From: Candidatus Multivoradales bacterium
GTDB lineage: Bacteria > Acidobacteriota > Thermoanaerobaculia > Multivoradales > JAHEKO01
Reading direction: 5' to 3'
NCBI GenBank assembly: GCA_965223855.1
Contig: CBDCXM010000009.1
Coordinates: forward strand, 1,440,001 to 1,504,000
DNA length: 64,000 nt
This document shows positions 28,406-38,660 of the stretch, one piece after another (position 1 is the first letter of the stretch; each line of letters begins with the position of its first letter). Position numbers and translations under genes: made by a program. Below the pieces are notes generated by a model. The model searched no databases, was not told where the DNA came from, and saw only the letters and a list, made by a program, of their open reading frames with translations.

Positions 28406-28513
28406 TCCGACGCTGAACCCGGCGCAGGAGCGCGACGGCCGATCGGTCGGCCCACCTTGTGCTCGGGTGATACCGTCTCGCGGTTTCCACTCACCTGCCC
28501 TGGAGGTCTGCGA

Positions 28514-29785
28514 ATGTCGCGACGTTGTCTGGCCGGACTCTTTTTCTCGCTGCTACCTGCGGTCCTCGCTGCCGAGACGCTCGCCGTCCGCGCTGCGAGC
28601 TACCTCGATGTCGACAGCGGGCGGCTCGTAAGCCCCGCCGTCGTGGTCGTCGAGGACGGCGCGATCACTTCGATCAACGGTCCGATTCCCGATGGTGTCG
28701 AGATCGTCGAACTCGGCGACCGCGTGCTGTTGCCGGGACTGATGGACGCCCATGTTCATCTCGCCATCGACTCGGCCGGTTTCGGCGGCCGGGTCCTTTC
28801 GCTGAGCGGTGCCGACGCCACCGTGATCGGGGTCGAGTCGGCCCGCAAGACGCTCCTGGCGGGCTTCACCACCGTGCGCGACCTCGCCCAGGTACACCCG
28901 GCGCTCGATCTCGTAGTAGTGGCGCTCGCCCGCGGGGTCGCCGAGGGGCGAATCGTCGGACCGGAGATCCTCGCCTCCGGCCACGCGCTGAGCATCTCGG
29001 GGGGCCACATCGATCCGGCGATGTTCATGCAGGCGAGCGAGGGGACCCTCGACCTCGGTCCCGAGCACGGCGTAGCTGACGGGGTCGATGAGGTGCTCAA
29101 GGCGACCCGCTACCAGATCAAGCACGGAGCCCGGGTGATCAAGATCTCCGCCACCGCCGGGGTCATGTCGCTCGAGCCGAGCGTGGGTGCACAGCAGTAC
29201 ACGATCGAAGAGATGCGAACCGCGGTCGAGGAAGCCGGTCGGCACGAGATCCGCGTGGCCGCCCACGCCCACGGCACCGACGGCATCAACGCCGCCCTCG
29301 AGGCGGGCGTTGCCTCGATCGAGCACGGCAGTCTGCTCGACGAACGCAGTCTCGAGCTCTTTCTCGATACCGGCGCCTATCTCGTGCCGACGACCGGTCT
29401 CGTCGACGTCATCGACACCGCCGGATTGCCGGAGCTGATCCGCCGCAAGGCCGAGTCCGTCCTGCCGCAGGCTCGAGCCGGCGTCTCCCGTGCCATCGAG
29501 GCCGGGATCAACATCGCCGTCGGCTCCGACGCGCCTCTCATCCCTCACGGGGAGAACGCCCGGGAGATTCTCGCACTGTCCGAGCGCGGGATGAGCGCCG
29601 CCGATGCGATCCGCGCGGCGACCGTCGCCACCGCCGACCTCTTCGGCCTCGACGACCGGGGCCGGATCGCAGTAGGGCTGCGAGCCGACCTGATCGCGGT
29701 CCCGGCAAACCCGTTGGACGATCTCGAGAGCCTGCTCGCCGTCGACTTCGTGATGAAGGACGGGGAAGTGTTCCGGAGGCCCTGA
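28514..29785 (+). CDS. Secreted metal-dependent amidohydrolase (Xaa-Pro dipeptidase-like subgroup)
   Basis: LLPGLMDAHVH; GFTTVRD; IKISATAGV; AAHAHG; SIEHG; GSDA; ADLIAV. Confidence 0.9.
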   Translation: MSRRCLAGLFFSLLPAVLAAETLAVRAASYLDVDSGRLVSPAVVVVEDGAITSINGPIPDGVEIVELGDRVLLPGLMDAHVHLAIDSAGFGGRVLSLSGADATVIGVESARKTLLAGFTTVRDLAQVHPALDLVVVALARGVAEGRIVGPEILASGHALSISGGHIDPAMFMQASEGTLDLGPEHGVADGVDEVLKATRYQIKHGARVIKISATAGVMSLEPSVGAQQYTIEEMRTAVEEAGRHEIRVAAHAHGTDGINAALEAGVASIEHGSLLDERSLELFLDTGAYLVPTTGLVDVIDTAGLPELIRRKAESVLPQARAGVSRAIEAGINIAVGSDAPLIPHGENAREILALSERGMSAADAIRAATVATADLFGLDDRGRIAVGLRADLIAVPANPLDDLESLLAVDFVMKDGEVFRRP

Positions 29786-29821
29786 AGGAAAGCTGCGCTC
29801 CTCCCGCCTGCCTCCAGAGGT

Positions 29822-30271
29822 CTATCTCCAGTAGAGCCGCGCTTCCCGCTCGGTCGGCAGGGCGATCTGCACGTCCTGCTCGAGTCCGAGCCGTTGCCGC
29901 CCCTGTCTGAGCTCGTCCAGCACATCGACGACCGCACCGTAGGCCGATTCGCCGCCCGGCTTGACGATCACCGGCTTGAGCGGATTGGCCGCGAGCTTCG
30001 GACCCAGCTCGGCAAGGAGCTCCCCGAGCACGATCGGGCGCCCGTCGAGCTCCAGACGCCCTTCTCCGAGGACCGCGACGAGGACCGCTTCGACGGGGTC
30101 GATCTCCGCCGCCTGCTCCTGCTCGACCGGGAACTCGAGGTCGAGACCCCTCGTAGCGGCGAAGGTCGCCGTCACCATGAAGAAAATGATCAGCAGGAAG
30201 GCGATGTCGGCCATCGACGAGGTCGGGATCTCATCGCTCACCGGAAGACGGCGGAGTGTGTCCTTCTTCAT
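29822..30271 (-). CDS. exbD: ExbD/TolR family biopolymer transport protein, orphan
   Basis: EIPTSSMADIAFLLIIFFMVT; YGAVVDVLDEL. Confidence 0.85.
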   Translation of the reverse strand: MKKDTLRRLPVSDEIPTSSMADIAFLLIIFFMVTATFAATRGLDLEFPVEQEQAAEIDPVEAVLVAVLGEGRLELDGRPIVLGELLAELGPKLAANPLKPVIVKPGGESAYGAVVDVLDELRQGRQRLGLEQDVQIALPTEREARLYWR

Positions 30272-30342
30272 GCTGACTGAGACTGAGACGGGGCGGTAGG
30301 ACCACGGTTCCCGGGACCGGGCCTCGTCTGGCCGACCTCGTC

Positions 30343-30864
30343 TCAACCGGGCTCGAGTTCGAGAGCCCGTTCGGCCCAGTGCCGCACCGTCTCGTGGTGG
30401 GCGGCCCAGACAGCCCACATCTGCTCCGCCCACTGCCGCACGAGGTCACGATGCCGCTGCGTCGAGCCTGCGCGGGCGACGTCCGCCGCTGTCAGCGGGC
30501 CGAGCCCGGCCGGAGGCTCGAGCCAGTGGAAGGTGCTCTTGTGGCGCGCCGCCGCCCTCATTACGGCGTCGGTCCTCTCCGGTGGGAAGCCTCGCTCGAA
30601 GATCAGGTACAGCCGGATGAGGTGGACACCGGCCGACTGGATCGTCTGAGGACTCGGCCGCCCCGGATGCTGTACCGCGTAGGCATCGACGGTCAGCTTG
30701 TGCACTCCCATCAGCTCGAAGTCGGAATACTCGCGGGCGAGGACCTCGCCGTAGACCGCCCAGCACGAAGGACTCGACTCGAGATACCGGTGGGTGGGGC
30801 CCTCGACCGCCGTGAGCTCTGCGCCGCAGCCGACGCAGCGTTCGGTCAGCACTCCGGACTCCAC
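30343..30864 (-). CDS. DUF5946-like protein with N-terminal CxxC
   Basis: CVGCGAEL...SSPSCWAVYGEV...HKLTVDAYAVQHPG...WAEQMW; start uncertain (GTG 30864 or 30852). Confidence 0.7.
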   Translation of the reverse strand: MESGVLTERCVGCGAELTAVEGPTHRYLESSPSCWAVYGEVLAREYSDFELMGVHKLTVDAYAVQHPGRPSPQTIQSAGVHLIRLYLIFERGFPPERTDAVMRAAARHKSTFHWLEPPAGLGPLTAADVARAGSTQRHRDLVRQWAEQMWAVWAAHHETVRHWAERALELEPG

Positions 30865-31002
30865 GGCAACTGCGACGCCGCTCCTCGGCCGATCGTCCTG
30901 GTGGAGTAGCGGCGGGATCTGCGGAGTCTGCCCGAAACGAGGTCGCATAGGATCACGGTGCCGGGGGCCGGTTCCCTCGGCGGACCTGGAAGGGGACCCG
31001 AC

Positions 31003-31446
31003 ATGACCGACACCGCCCGGCGGCTCCACACGGCTTTCCTGGCTGCTCTCTGTTGCATCGTTCTGGCTCCGAGCCTCGCATGGAGCGACGATCACACCGC
31101 TCATAGCGCCACGATGAGCTTCAAGGGCAGTGACGAGGAACTCGCCGCCTTCTCCTGGAGCGGCACGCCGCGACCGCTCGCTCCCGGCATTATGTTCGAG
31201 ACGCTGATGGACCGCCCCGCGGGGGACGGCGACTTCGTCGTCGCCGTGAACGCCTCCTCCTGCGAGACTCTCGGCGAGCAGGTCGGCGAGGGCGCCGGCC
31301 AGATGGAGATCCGCTTCTTCGACAAGGCCCGCCAACTCGGCCTGCTGGCGCGGGGATCGGCATCGATCGAGGCAGCCGACTGCGAGGGCGGCCCGCGCAC
31401 GGTGACCGTCAAGCCGGGCAGCGGCTTCTCTTTCCAGCAACCCTGA
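31003..31446 (+). CDS. Secreted hypothetical protein
   Basis: Signal peptide MTDTARRLHTAFLAALCCIVLAPSLA; GC3-rich codons. Confidence 0.65.
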   Translation: MTDTARRLHTAFLAALCCIVLAPSLAWSDDHTAHSATMSFKGSDEELAAFSWSGTPRPLAPGIMFETLMDRPAGDGDFVVAVNASSCETLGEQVGEGAGQMEIRFFDKARQLGLLARGSASIEAADCEGGPRTVTVKPGSGFSFQQP

Positions 31447-31474
31447 TCGCGAACGCGGTCGGCCTGAGGCGCAC

Positions 31475-31765
31475 GTGCCGGAATCACCCGACGACGTCGA
31501 CGGTCCTGACGACGACTACGTACCCGATGTCGGCTTCGACCCGGAGGATCTGCCCCGCCTGCTCGAATGGGAGATGCCCTTCGGCCGCTACCAGGGCCGC
31601 ACGCTGATCGATCTGCCCGAGGAGTACCTGTTGTGGTTCGAACGGCGTGGCTTCCCCGCCAGCGACCTCGGCCGCCTGATGGAACTGACGCTCGGGATCA
31701 AGCGCCACGGCGCCGAGCCGGCGATGCGCCAGCTGGCGCGGCGCTTGATCGCGCTTCGGAGGTAG
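31475..31765 (+). CDS. DUF3820 family protein
   Basis: MPFGRYQGRTLIDLPEEYLLWF...GFP...LGRLM...IKRHG. Confidence 0.85.
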   Translation: MPESPDDVDGPDDDYVPDVGFDPEDLPRLLEWEMPFGRYQGRTLIDLPEEYLLWFERRGFPASDLGRLMELTLGIKRHGAEPAMRQLARRLIALRR

Positions 31766-31802
31766 GTCGGCGCGGGCGCTGATGGCCGGACAAACTACCG
31801 GC

Positions 31803-32090
31803 TCAGATCGCCGCCACGAAGAAGCCGATGACCACGAGGCCGAAGAGGGTGAGGACGACCCCCACGGCCCACTGCAGCGCCCGCAACAGCGTCTGGAAGT
31901 GCCTGCGCCTGGACGCCGATTCCGTCTCGGCGATCACCTCCCGCAGCAGTCGGAAGTCCCGATGGTGATCGACGAACCAGCTGACCTCCTTGCCCTCGCG
32001 GCGCAGGTCGAACTTGGCTTTGAACCACAGCGCGTTGGCGACGACGACCGCGATCGTCACGACCGACATCAGGAGAGGGTGATAGGCCAT
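31803..32090 (-). CDS. Small two-TM hypothetical membrane protein
   Basis: Two hydrophobic segments; follows the upstream gene after 14 nt. Confidence 0.6.
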   Translation of the reverse strand: MAYHPLLMSVVTIAVVVANALWFKAKFDLRREGKEVSWFVDHHRDFRLLREVIAETESASRRRHFQTLLRALQWAVGVVLTLFGLVVIGFFVAAI

Positions 32091-32104
32091 CGACAGTCCG
32101 GAGT

Positions 32105-32524
32105 TCAGGCAGCCTCTTCTGCCGCCTCGCCGCTACCGACGAACAGCTCCTTCACCGAATCCCTCACGAGCACCAGGATCGTCAACACACCGAGCACCGT
32201 GCCGAAGGGGACGAACATGCAAGCCACCCCGGCAATCACCAGGCAGAAGGTGTAGCGCTTCCGCTGCGCCAGCGAACGCCCAGCGACGAACAGGCAGGCG
32301 GCGAACGCGAGGCCGGCGAGGATGAAGACGCCGGCGAAGGTGGCGAAGAGCCAGCCTACGGTGCGCGCCATGGGATCGTCTCCCTCGAGCGAGCCGGTCG
32401 CCAGACCGATACCGATCACGAGGTGAAGCACGGGCAGGAACGAGAACAGCGCCACCAGTCCGGCGACAACGTAGTGCCCGATCGAGAGCAGATGCAGGTG
32501 GTCGAGATCCTGTTGGCGGGTCAT
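32105..32524 (-). CDS. Hypothetical membrane protein
   Basis: GAGGAGG RBS; DHLHLLSIGHYV...FVPFGTVLGVLTILVL.RDSVKELF. Confidence 0.75.
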   Translation of the reverse strand: MTRQQDLDHLHLLSIGHYVVAGLVALFSFLPVLHLVIGIGLATGSLEGDDPMARTVGWLFATFAGVFILAGLAFAACLFVAGRSLAQRKRYTFCLVIAGVACMFVPFGTVLGVLTILVLVRDSVKELFVGSGEAAEEAA

Positions 32525-32643
32525 GAGAGCCTCCTCTCGCCTTCTACGGCGAGCCGCCACGGTGCATTCCCGCCCGGTCAGCGGTAGGGAAGCGAGCTGC
32601 CCGTCGGGCGAACGGCGGGTCGACGCCTCCGAACTCGGGCTCT

Positions 32644-34299
32644 TCAGGGCTCGATGCCGTAGAGCTCCTTCCACTCCTCCTCGAACTCGTGGCCGGCAAC
32701 CCAACGGGGCGCCGTCTCTTCGGTGGCGGCCTTGAGCGCCGTGGCGAAGAGGACCTTCATGTCACGCTCGATGCCCGCGAGGTCCCATTCGGGCAGGATC
32801 TCGTCGGAGACCTGGTGGTAGTTCTCGAGCCGTAGCGCCTCGGGATCGAAGTCGAGCTCTGCGACGAAGTCGGTGCCGCGCTGCAGGTAGAGCGCCGGGA
32901 TACCCGCCTTGGCGAAGTTCAACTGGTCGGATCGGTAGAAGCTGCCGGCGTTGGGATTCGGATCGCCTTTCGCGGTGAGCCCTTCCGCCGCCGCGATCTC
33001 GGCGAACCAGCGCCCGAGATCGCTCATCTCGAGCCCGATCGCGCCGACGTCGTGCGTCAGGCCGAACGACTGCGGCGAGTCGATGTTGATGTTGGCGACG
33101 ATCTGCCGGAGCGGCACGGGCGGGTTGCGTGCAAAGGCAGCGCCCCCCAGCAGGCCGCCCTCTTCCGCGGTAGTGGCGAGGAAGATCATCGAGCGCCGCG
33201 GTTCGGCCGCCGTCGCCGCCTCGGCCGCAGCCATCATCGCCGCCACGCCGAGGGCGTTGTCGAGCGCGCCGTTGAAGATCTTGTCGTCGCCCTCGAGCTC
33301 GGGCTTGACCCCCATGTGGTCGTAATGGGCGCTGAAGAGGACGTACTCGTCGGCGAGTTCCGGGTCGCTGCCGCGCACCATACCGGCGACGTTCGAGTCT
33401 TCGACCCGCTCGATCGACGTCTCGAGGTGGGCGCTCAGCCGGTAGCCGGTGTCGACCGGCTCGAAGTCGCGCCGGTTGGCCATCTCGAAGAGCCCCGGCA
33501 CCGTCGTCCCCATCGCCGAGACGATCTCGGCGGATACGTTCTCGTCCGCCCACGCCAGGAAGTCGAGCTGGTACGTGCGCTGCCAGATCCGTCGCGCGCC
33601 ACTGCTGCCGATGACGCTGAACGGATAGCTCGCCGACTCGAGCGTGTGCACCACGATCGCTCCGGCCGCGCCGATCTTGTCCGCCTGCTCGAACTTGTAG
33701 GTCCAGCGCCCGTAGTAGGTGCGCGCCTCACCGCCGAAGAGCGCTTGGCCGTCCTCTTCGACCGCCGGGTCGTTGTTGAGGAACAGCAGCACCTTGCCGG
33801 CGAGGTCGGCCCCCTTGAAGTCGTCCCACTCGTGCTCCGGCGCCTCGACCCCGTAGCCGACGAAGACGATCGGCACGTCGTCGAGATCGACCACCGGCTT
33901 CTCGGCCGTCGACCAGTAGGTGAACGTCTCGTCGTTCACCAGCTCCACCGCGCCGCCCGGTCCCTCGATCTCGACCGAGGAGGCGTCGCCGTCCTTCGTC
34001 ATGCCGACCAGCTCGACGGGGAGCAGATAGCTCTCACCCGGGCCTCCCACCGGCTCGAGGCCGATCTGCTCATAGCGCTCGGCCAGATAGGTGGCCGCCT
34101 TCGCCGCTCCCGCCGTGCCGGCCAGGCGCCCCTCCATGTCGTCGTCGGAAAGCACTTCGACGTCGGCGAGGATCGCTTCGGCCCGGATGCGAGCCGCCGG
34201 GTCCTCGTCGGTCGTCGGTGCGGCCGACTCATGCGTGCCGGCGGTGCAGGCCGTCAGGGCGACGGCGAGGAGAAGTAGAGGAATCGAGGGCGAGGTCAT
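32644..34299 (-). CDS. M28 family metallopeptidase lipoprotein with PA domain
   Basis: Lipobox LTAC; LSDDDMEGR; FVGYGV; TYYGRWTYKFE; SAHYDH; NGALDNALG; TAEEGGLLG; RSDQ; YHQVSD. Confidence 0.92.
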   Translation of the reverse strand: MTSPSIPLLLLAVALTACTAGTHESAAPTTDEDPAARIRAEAILADVEVLSDDDMEGRLAGTAGAAKAATYLAERYEQIGLEPVGGPGESYLLPVELVGMTKDGDASSVEIEGPGGAVELVNDETFTYWSTAEKPVVDLDDVPIVFVGYGVEAPEHEWDDFKGADLAGKVLLFLNNDPAVEEDGQALFGGEARTYYGRWTYKFEQADKIGAAGAIVVHTLESASYPFSVIGSSGARRIWQRTYQLDFLAWADENVSAEIVSAMGTTVPGLFEMANRRDFEPVDTGYRLSAHLETSIERVEDSNVAGMVRGSDPELADEYVLFSAHYDHMGVKPELEGDDKIFNGALDNALGVAAMMAAAEAATAAEPRRSMIFLATTAEEGGLLGGAAFARNPPVPLRQIVANINIDSPQSFGLTHDVGAIGLEMSDLGRWFAEIAAAEGLTAKGDPNPNAGSFYRSDQLNFAKAGIPALYLQRGTDFVAELDFDPEALRLENYHQVSDEILPEWDLAGIERDMKVLFATALKAATEETAPRWVAGHEFEEEWKELYGIEP

Positions 34300-34414
34300 G
34301 TCGGATCTCCTGCGGGTTCGAAGAGCGTGATCGCGGAGTCTACCCGTCTGCTCGGCGGCACGATCGCCGGCGGCGGAAGCCGGGACGGGGAGAAACAGGA
34401 GTACTCTGTCTCGG

Positions 34415-35293
34415 ATGAAGCTCCAGGATGTCGAGGACCGCTCGCCTGATGCGTCGATGCTGCGGCGCGTCCACGGGATTGGCGGAGCCCTCACGATCGT
34501 CGCCTTCCTGGCTTCAGGCGCGTACCTCCGCTGGTTTGCGGGAGAGGTCGATCCCGAGCGCCATCTCCTCTTTCTCTCGCGTCACATCTACATGCTCGGG
34601 CCGGGCCTGGTGCTTCTGACTCTCGCCGCCTACGGGCGCCCCGTCGCGTACGGAAGGATTCCGGTGCTGCAGTGGTCCGGCACGGTCCTGCTGCTGGTGG
34701 CGGCGCTGCTGCTCGTCGCAGCGTTCGTCGGCGAGCCGGTTCTCGATCGCGGGAGGACGGACGTCAGTGCGCTGGGGTTGTTCTCGCTGTGGGCCGGCGC
34801 CTTCCTCCACGTGCTGGCACCGGTGCTCGGCCGAGGGGCCGACCGCCGGAGGAAGCGGCAGCCGAGGGCTGAAGCGGAGGCGTCCTTGCGTCCGCAGAAG
34901 CGTCCCGCCGAAAAGGTCGGCCTGGAACAGGAGTTCGCCGCGATCGAGCACTACTGGACGCAGAAGGTACTGGGCGAGGCCAACGGCACACTGATCAAGA
35001 TCGCCAGGGGCGTCGGCGAAATCGAGTGGCACAGGCACGAAGACCAGGACGAGGTCTTTCTCGTGCACAAGGGGCGGATCGAAATCCGTCTGCGCGATCG
35101 GACCGTCGACCTCGGCCCGGGCGAGCTGTTCATCGTTCCGCGAGGGGTCGAGCATGCACCTCGAGCCGAGAGCGACGTCGAGCTGATCGTTCTCGGGGTC
35201 GACGTCACATCGAACGCCGCGGGTGGAAAACCCGAGTGGAGCTACGACCGGAAAGTGGGCGAGATGCCCGAAGACGGCCTCGACCGGCAGTGA
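34415..35293 (+). CDS. Four-TM membrane domain fused to a C-terminal cupin domain
   Basis: TM region with VHG, SRHIY and FLH histidines; cupin WHRHEDQDEVFLV...GELFIVPRGVEHAP. Confidence 0.75.
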   Translation: MKLQDVEDRSPDASMLRRVHGIGGALTIVAFLASGAYLRWFAGEVDPERHLLFLSRHIYMLGPGLVLLTLAAYGRPVAYGRIPVLQWSGTVLLLVAALLLVAAFVGEPVLDRGRTDVSALGLFSLWAGAFLHVLAPVLGRGADRRRKRQPRAEAEASLRPQKRPAEKVGLEQEFAAIEHYWTQKVLGEANGTLIKIARGVGEIEWHRHEDQDEVFLVHKGRIEIRLRDRTVDLGPGELFIVPRGVEHAPRAESDVELIVLGVDVTSNAAGGKPEWSYDRKVGEMPEDGLDRQ

Positions 35294-35344
35294 TGCCTGC
35301 TCGCCCGATCTGAGGGCGACGGCAGGCCGGCCGCCGCGGCGCCG

Positions 35345-36409
35345 TCAGTCTCGGTCGTCCTTCTGGGAAGCCGCGTTCTCCATCCGCCGGGCGATCCACA
35401 GCCACTCCTCTTCGGACCGCACCCGGATGTTGTTCGGCCGGTAGCCCTCGTCGATCCTCCCGGAATCGAGCAACCGCTCGAAGATCGCGTCCGCCGCGAT
35501 CCGATGGGCGATCTCGCTCGGATGGGGATCGAGCACCGGCACCGCCGACATCCGCACCGGAAGGGTGTGGCGAAACGCCTCCCGGAGATCGAGGTAGTCG
35601 AGCCCTTCGGCGTCGAGCACGTCGTGAATCGCCTCGTGCACGAAGTCGAGAGGGTAGGCGTCACCGGTCGCGGCGAGGCCGGGAAAGATCACGGGCAGGA
35701 ACTCGGCATCGACGAGCTCCGACATCCGCCGGAACACCCCGATCGCCTCTACGAACGCCTGATAGCCGCCGTACTCGGGGTGGTAGATGTAGTTGTAGTA
35801 GTCGATCGTCGCCTGCGCGGAGCGGCGGTTCTCGAGCCGCTGGTACATCCAGCCGAGGAGCGCCGACCGGCGCAAGATCGCCCGCTGCCACCCCTCCGGC
35901 ACCCGCGGCAGGATCGCCTCGCGAACCGCGCGCATCTTCTCGTCGGTCTGGATCTCGGTGTCGTTGAGGAAGATCCCGAGGATGAAGACGTCCGGCTCCC
36001 AGTCGGCGATCGCCTGCACATGCCGCAGTTGCGCACGCGTAGAGGCCCCCGCGTTCGCCCAGACCCACACCGCCGCCGGGCGCTGACCGGCGTTGAGGTT
36101 CAGAAGCCTCTCCAGCCTTGCCGGGTAGGCGTCGTACTGGTGGTTGCTCTCACCGACGGTGAACGAGTCACCGACCACGGCGACCTTCAGCACGTCGTCG
36201 TGCCCGGCCGCCCACGGATTGCGTCGCTCGAGGTCGGCGGTGAAGTAGTCGAGCGGGCGGTCGAAGTAGGGTCCGAGTTCGACCGGTTGGCCGTATCCGA
36301 GGGCGCGGATCAGCAGCTCGCAGACGAGCAGGGCGAGAAGGGTGGAACCCAGGAGAAGGGCCAGGCGCGCGGCAACGGAGGCCGCGGGCCGCTCGGAAGA
36401 ACGAGCCAT
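35345..36409 (-). CDS. SGNH/GDSL hydrolase family membrane-anchored protein
   Basis: N-terminal TM; VVGDSFT; FLND; DPHPS. Confidence 0.85.
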   Translation of the reverse strand: MARSSERPAASVAARLALLLGSTLLALLVCELLIRALGYGQPVELGPYFDRPLDYFTADLERRNPWAAGHDDVLKVAVVGDSFTVGESNHQYDAYPARLERLLNLNAGQRPAAVWVWANAGASTRAQLRHVQAIADWEPDVFILGIFLNDTEIQTDEKMRAVREAILPRVPEGWQRAILRRSALLGWMYQRLENRRSAQATIDYYNYIYHPEYGGYQAFVEAIGVFRRMSELVDAEFLPVIFPGLAATGDAYPLDFVHEAIHDVLDAEGLDYLDLREAFRHTLPVRMSAVPVLDPHPSEIAHRIAADAIFERLLDSGRIDEGYRPNNIRVRSEEEWLWIARRMENAASQKDDRD

Positions 36410-36519
36410 TGCGGAAGTATAAGCACGCAAGGTGCTCCCTCGGGCCGGGAGTCGGAGCGGCTGGGCGCGGAGGCGATCACGGCGCTGCACGCTGATACGC
36501 TCACTTGCAAACCTGCGCT

Positions 36520-38484
36520 ATGAATCTCAAGCTCCGCCCGCTCGTCTTCGCGGGGGCCGCCTTCGCCCTCGGCGCGGCGACTCACGCTCAGACGGATCCA
36601 GCCGCCGCGCGCGGTTCTACCCGCTTCCGCCTGCCGCAGGATGTGATCGCTTCCCAGCAGTTCGATCCGAAGCAGTCCGGTGGCCTGTTCGTCGGCGTGC
36701 GCAAGTTCGACTACGGTCTCGCCGAGATCCCCTACGCGGTCGACGACGCGATCGATCTGGCGCATCTTTTTGCACTGGAGCTGGGACTGCTCGACCCCTC
36801 ACTGGTGACGCTGGCGCTTGCCGGCGAAGCGCAGAAGGCGGAGTCGCGACAGCGGCTTGCCGCCCTCAAGGAAGCAGGGGCGAGACAGGTCGATCCGACC
36901 GCCACACTGAGCGCCCTCCTGCTGACGCTGCCGGATACCACCGGCGCCGACGGACTCTTCGTCGCCAGCTTCGCGACGCACGGCTTCGACGAGGACGGGA
37001 TCCAACTGCTCGCCCATCGGCAGTCTCATCCCGAGGACCTGGCGGCCACCGGCATCCGCATGAACAAGGTGTTCGACTGGATCGCCCGCGCCAAGGCGCC
37101 GCGTCGCATCGTGCTCGTGGACGCCTGCCGCGAGCGTCTCGTTCAGAGCCGCTCCGCCGTGGCGAGCAGTGAGACCGTCATGAGTGAGGCGTTCGCCGAC
37201 GCCATGTCGGCGGCGGAGGGGCAGGTCGTGCTCTCGGCCACCAGCCTGGGCGGCTACTCGTACGACGATCCCGAGGTCGGCAATGGTGTCTTCACCTCGG
37301 CGGTGCTCGACGGCCTGCGCGGTCATGCCCCGGCGAACGACGAGGCGCTGATTACCGCCCAGGACCTCGCCACCTACGTCAACGAGCACGTCCGGGACTG
37401 GGTCGCCGACCACCGTCCGGACCATGCAAAGGTCAGCAACGGCATCCACAGTCAGTTCGGTGGCCTTGCCGCCTCTATGCCGCTGGCGGTCGATCCGGAT
37501 CGGCTGGCGGCGCGCTCCGTCAGAGCGTCGCGTATCCAGGCGGCGCTGGCACGGCTGAAGGCCGGATTCCTAGAGCAGGACTCGATCCTCACCGCCGCCC
37601 ACTTCGAGCAGGCTCGCCGCCTGCTCGAATCGCCGACCGAGCACTTCGACACGGTGCTCGACTACGTCGAAGCGCTCGACGGCAGCGCTCACGCCGCGAA
37701 CACGCTGGTGTTCTATCTCGACTCGCTGGTAGCGGAGCAGCAGCCTCCGGTGCCCGGGCCGCAGCGAATCGTCTCCATCACCAGCTCCGAGCTACGCGGG
37801 CTTGCCGCCCGCGTCGGCGGCCGCCTCCGAGTGAGGTTCACCGCCAACGATTGCCGGCGTGGCCTCACCGGACCGATGAAGTTTCTCGACTATGGTGTGC
37901 GCTGGACCTACTGCCGCTTCCGCAGGTTCATCAACCTGCACACTCTCGAGGCCCTCTCAGGCGTGCCGGTGTTTCTCCGGGGGCCACATGTCGGCCCGGA
38001 CCCCGACTTCGACTCCGAGGACTTCGGCTACTACAACCGTGCCTTCGTCGAGTGGGCGATCGGCATGCTGCCACCTCCCGGCGACACCGGCGCCGTGGCC
38101 ATGGTGCTGGCCAGGGTCTACGCAGAGCACCTGCGCGAACCCGCTCGGACCTATCTGGCGGCCCACGACTGGGTGATGTACGACTCCGAGAAGCTGGTCG
38201 CCCTCGGCTTCGGCGTTCCGGATTCTTCTCCTCAGTTCCCGGAGCAGGCCAGAATCACGGTCCTCACTCCCGAGCTCCTGCAGAGGCGTTCCGTGTTCCT
38301 GGCAGGCATCTCAGGCCGGCTCCAGGAAACCGGCTTCGACTACTGGCTCGCAGAGTCGGCGCCGGGCTTCTGGCTCCGCCGTTACCAGGACGGCACCAAC
38401 GACCTCTTCTACGACCTACTGCTGAAGCTCATGCGGGCCTTTGACGCCGACTACCTGGAGAACTGGAGTCTCGGGATCGGTTGA
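36520..38484 (+). CDS. Secreted caspase-like (peptidase C14) protein with unassigned C-terminal domain
   Basis: Signal peptide; LFVGVRKF; AVDDA; FATHG and DACR dyad; GNGVFTSAVLDGL. Confidence 0.8.
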   Translation: MNLKLRPLVFAGAAFALGAATHAQTDPAAARGSTRFRLPQDVIASQQFDPKQSGGLFVGVRKFDYGLAEIPYAVDDAIDLAHLFALELGLLDPSLVTLALAGEAQKAESRQRLAALKEAGARQVDPTATLSALLLTLPDTTGADGLFVASFATHGFDEDGIQLLAHRQSHPEDLAATGIRMNKVFDWIARAKAPRRIVLVDACRERLVQSRSAVASSETVMSEAFADAMSAAEGQVVLSATSLGGYSYDDPEVGNGVFTSAVLDGLRGHAPANDEALITAQDLATYVNEHVRDWVADHRPDHAKVSNGIHSQFGGLAASMPLAVDPDRLAARSVRASRIQAALARLKAGFLEQDSILTAAHFEQARRLLESPTEHFDTVLDYVEALDGSAHAANTLVFYLDSLVAEQQPPVPGPQRIVSITSSELRGLAARVGGRLRVRFTANDCRRGLTGPMKFLDYGVRWTYCRFRRFINLHTLEALSGVPVFLRGPHVGPDPDFDSEDFGYYNRAFVEWAIGMLPPPGDTGAVAMVLARVYAEHLREPARTYLAAHDWVMYDSEKLVALGFGVPDSSPQFPEQARITVLTPELLQRRSVFLAGISGRLQETGFDYWLAESAPGFWLRRYQDGTNDLFYDLLLKLMRAFDADYLENWSLGIG

Positions 38485-38660
38485 CGGCGGGCCGGTGGTG
38501 TCGACCGGGTCCGGTGATTCTCCTCGAGTGTGGGGTGATCGAGCACCGCGAGGAGGAAGAGGCGCTCGGAGAACCCGAACCGCGCTTCGCTCACGCGGTC
38601 GGCAGCTCGGTGGACGTTCCCGGTGGAAGGCGAGCGGCAGTCGAGCTGTCCGGGCGACGC

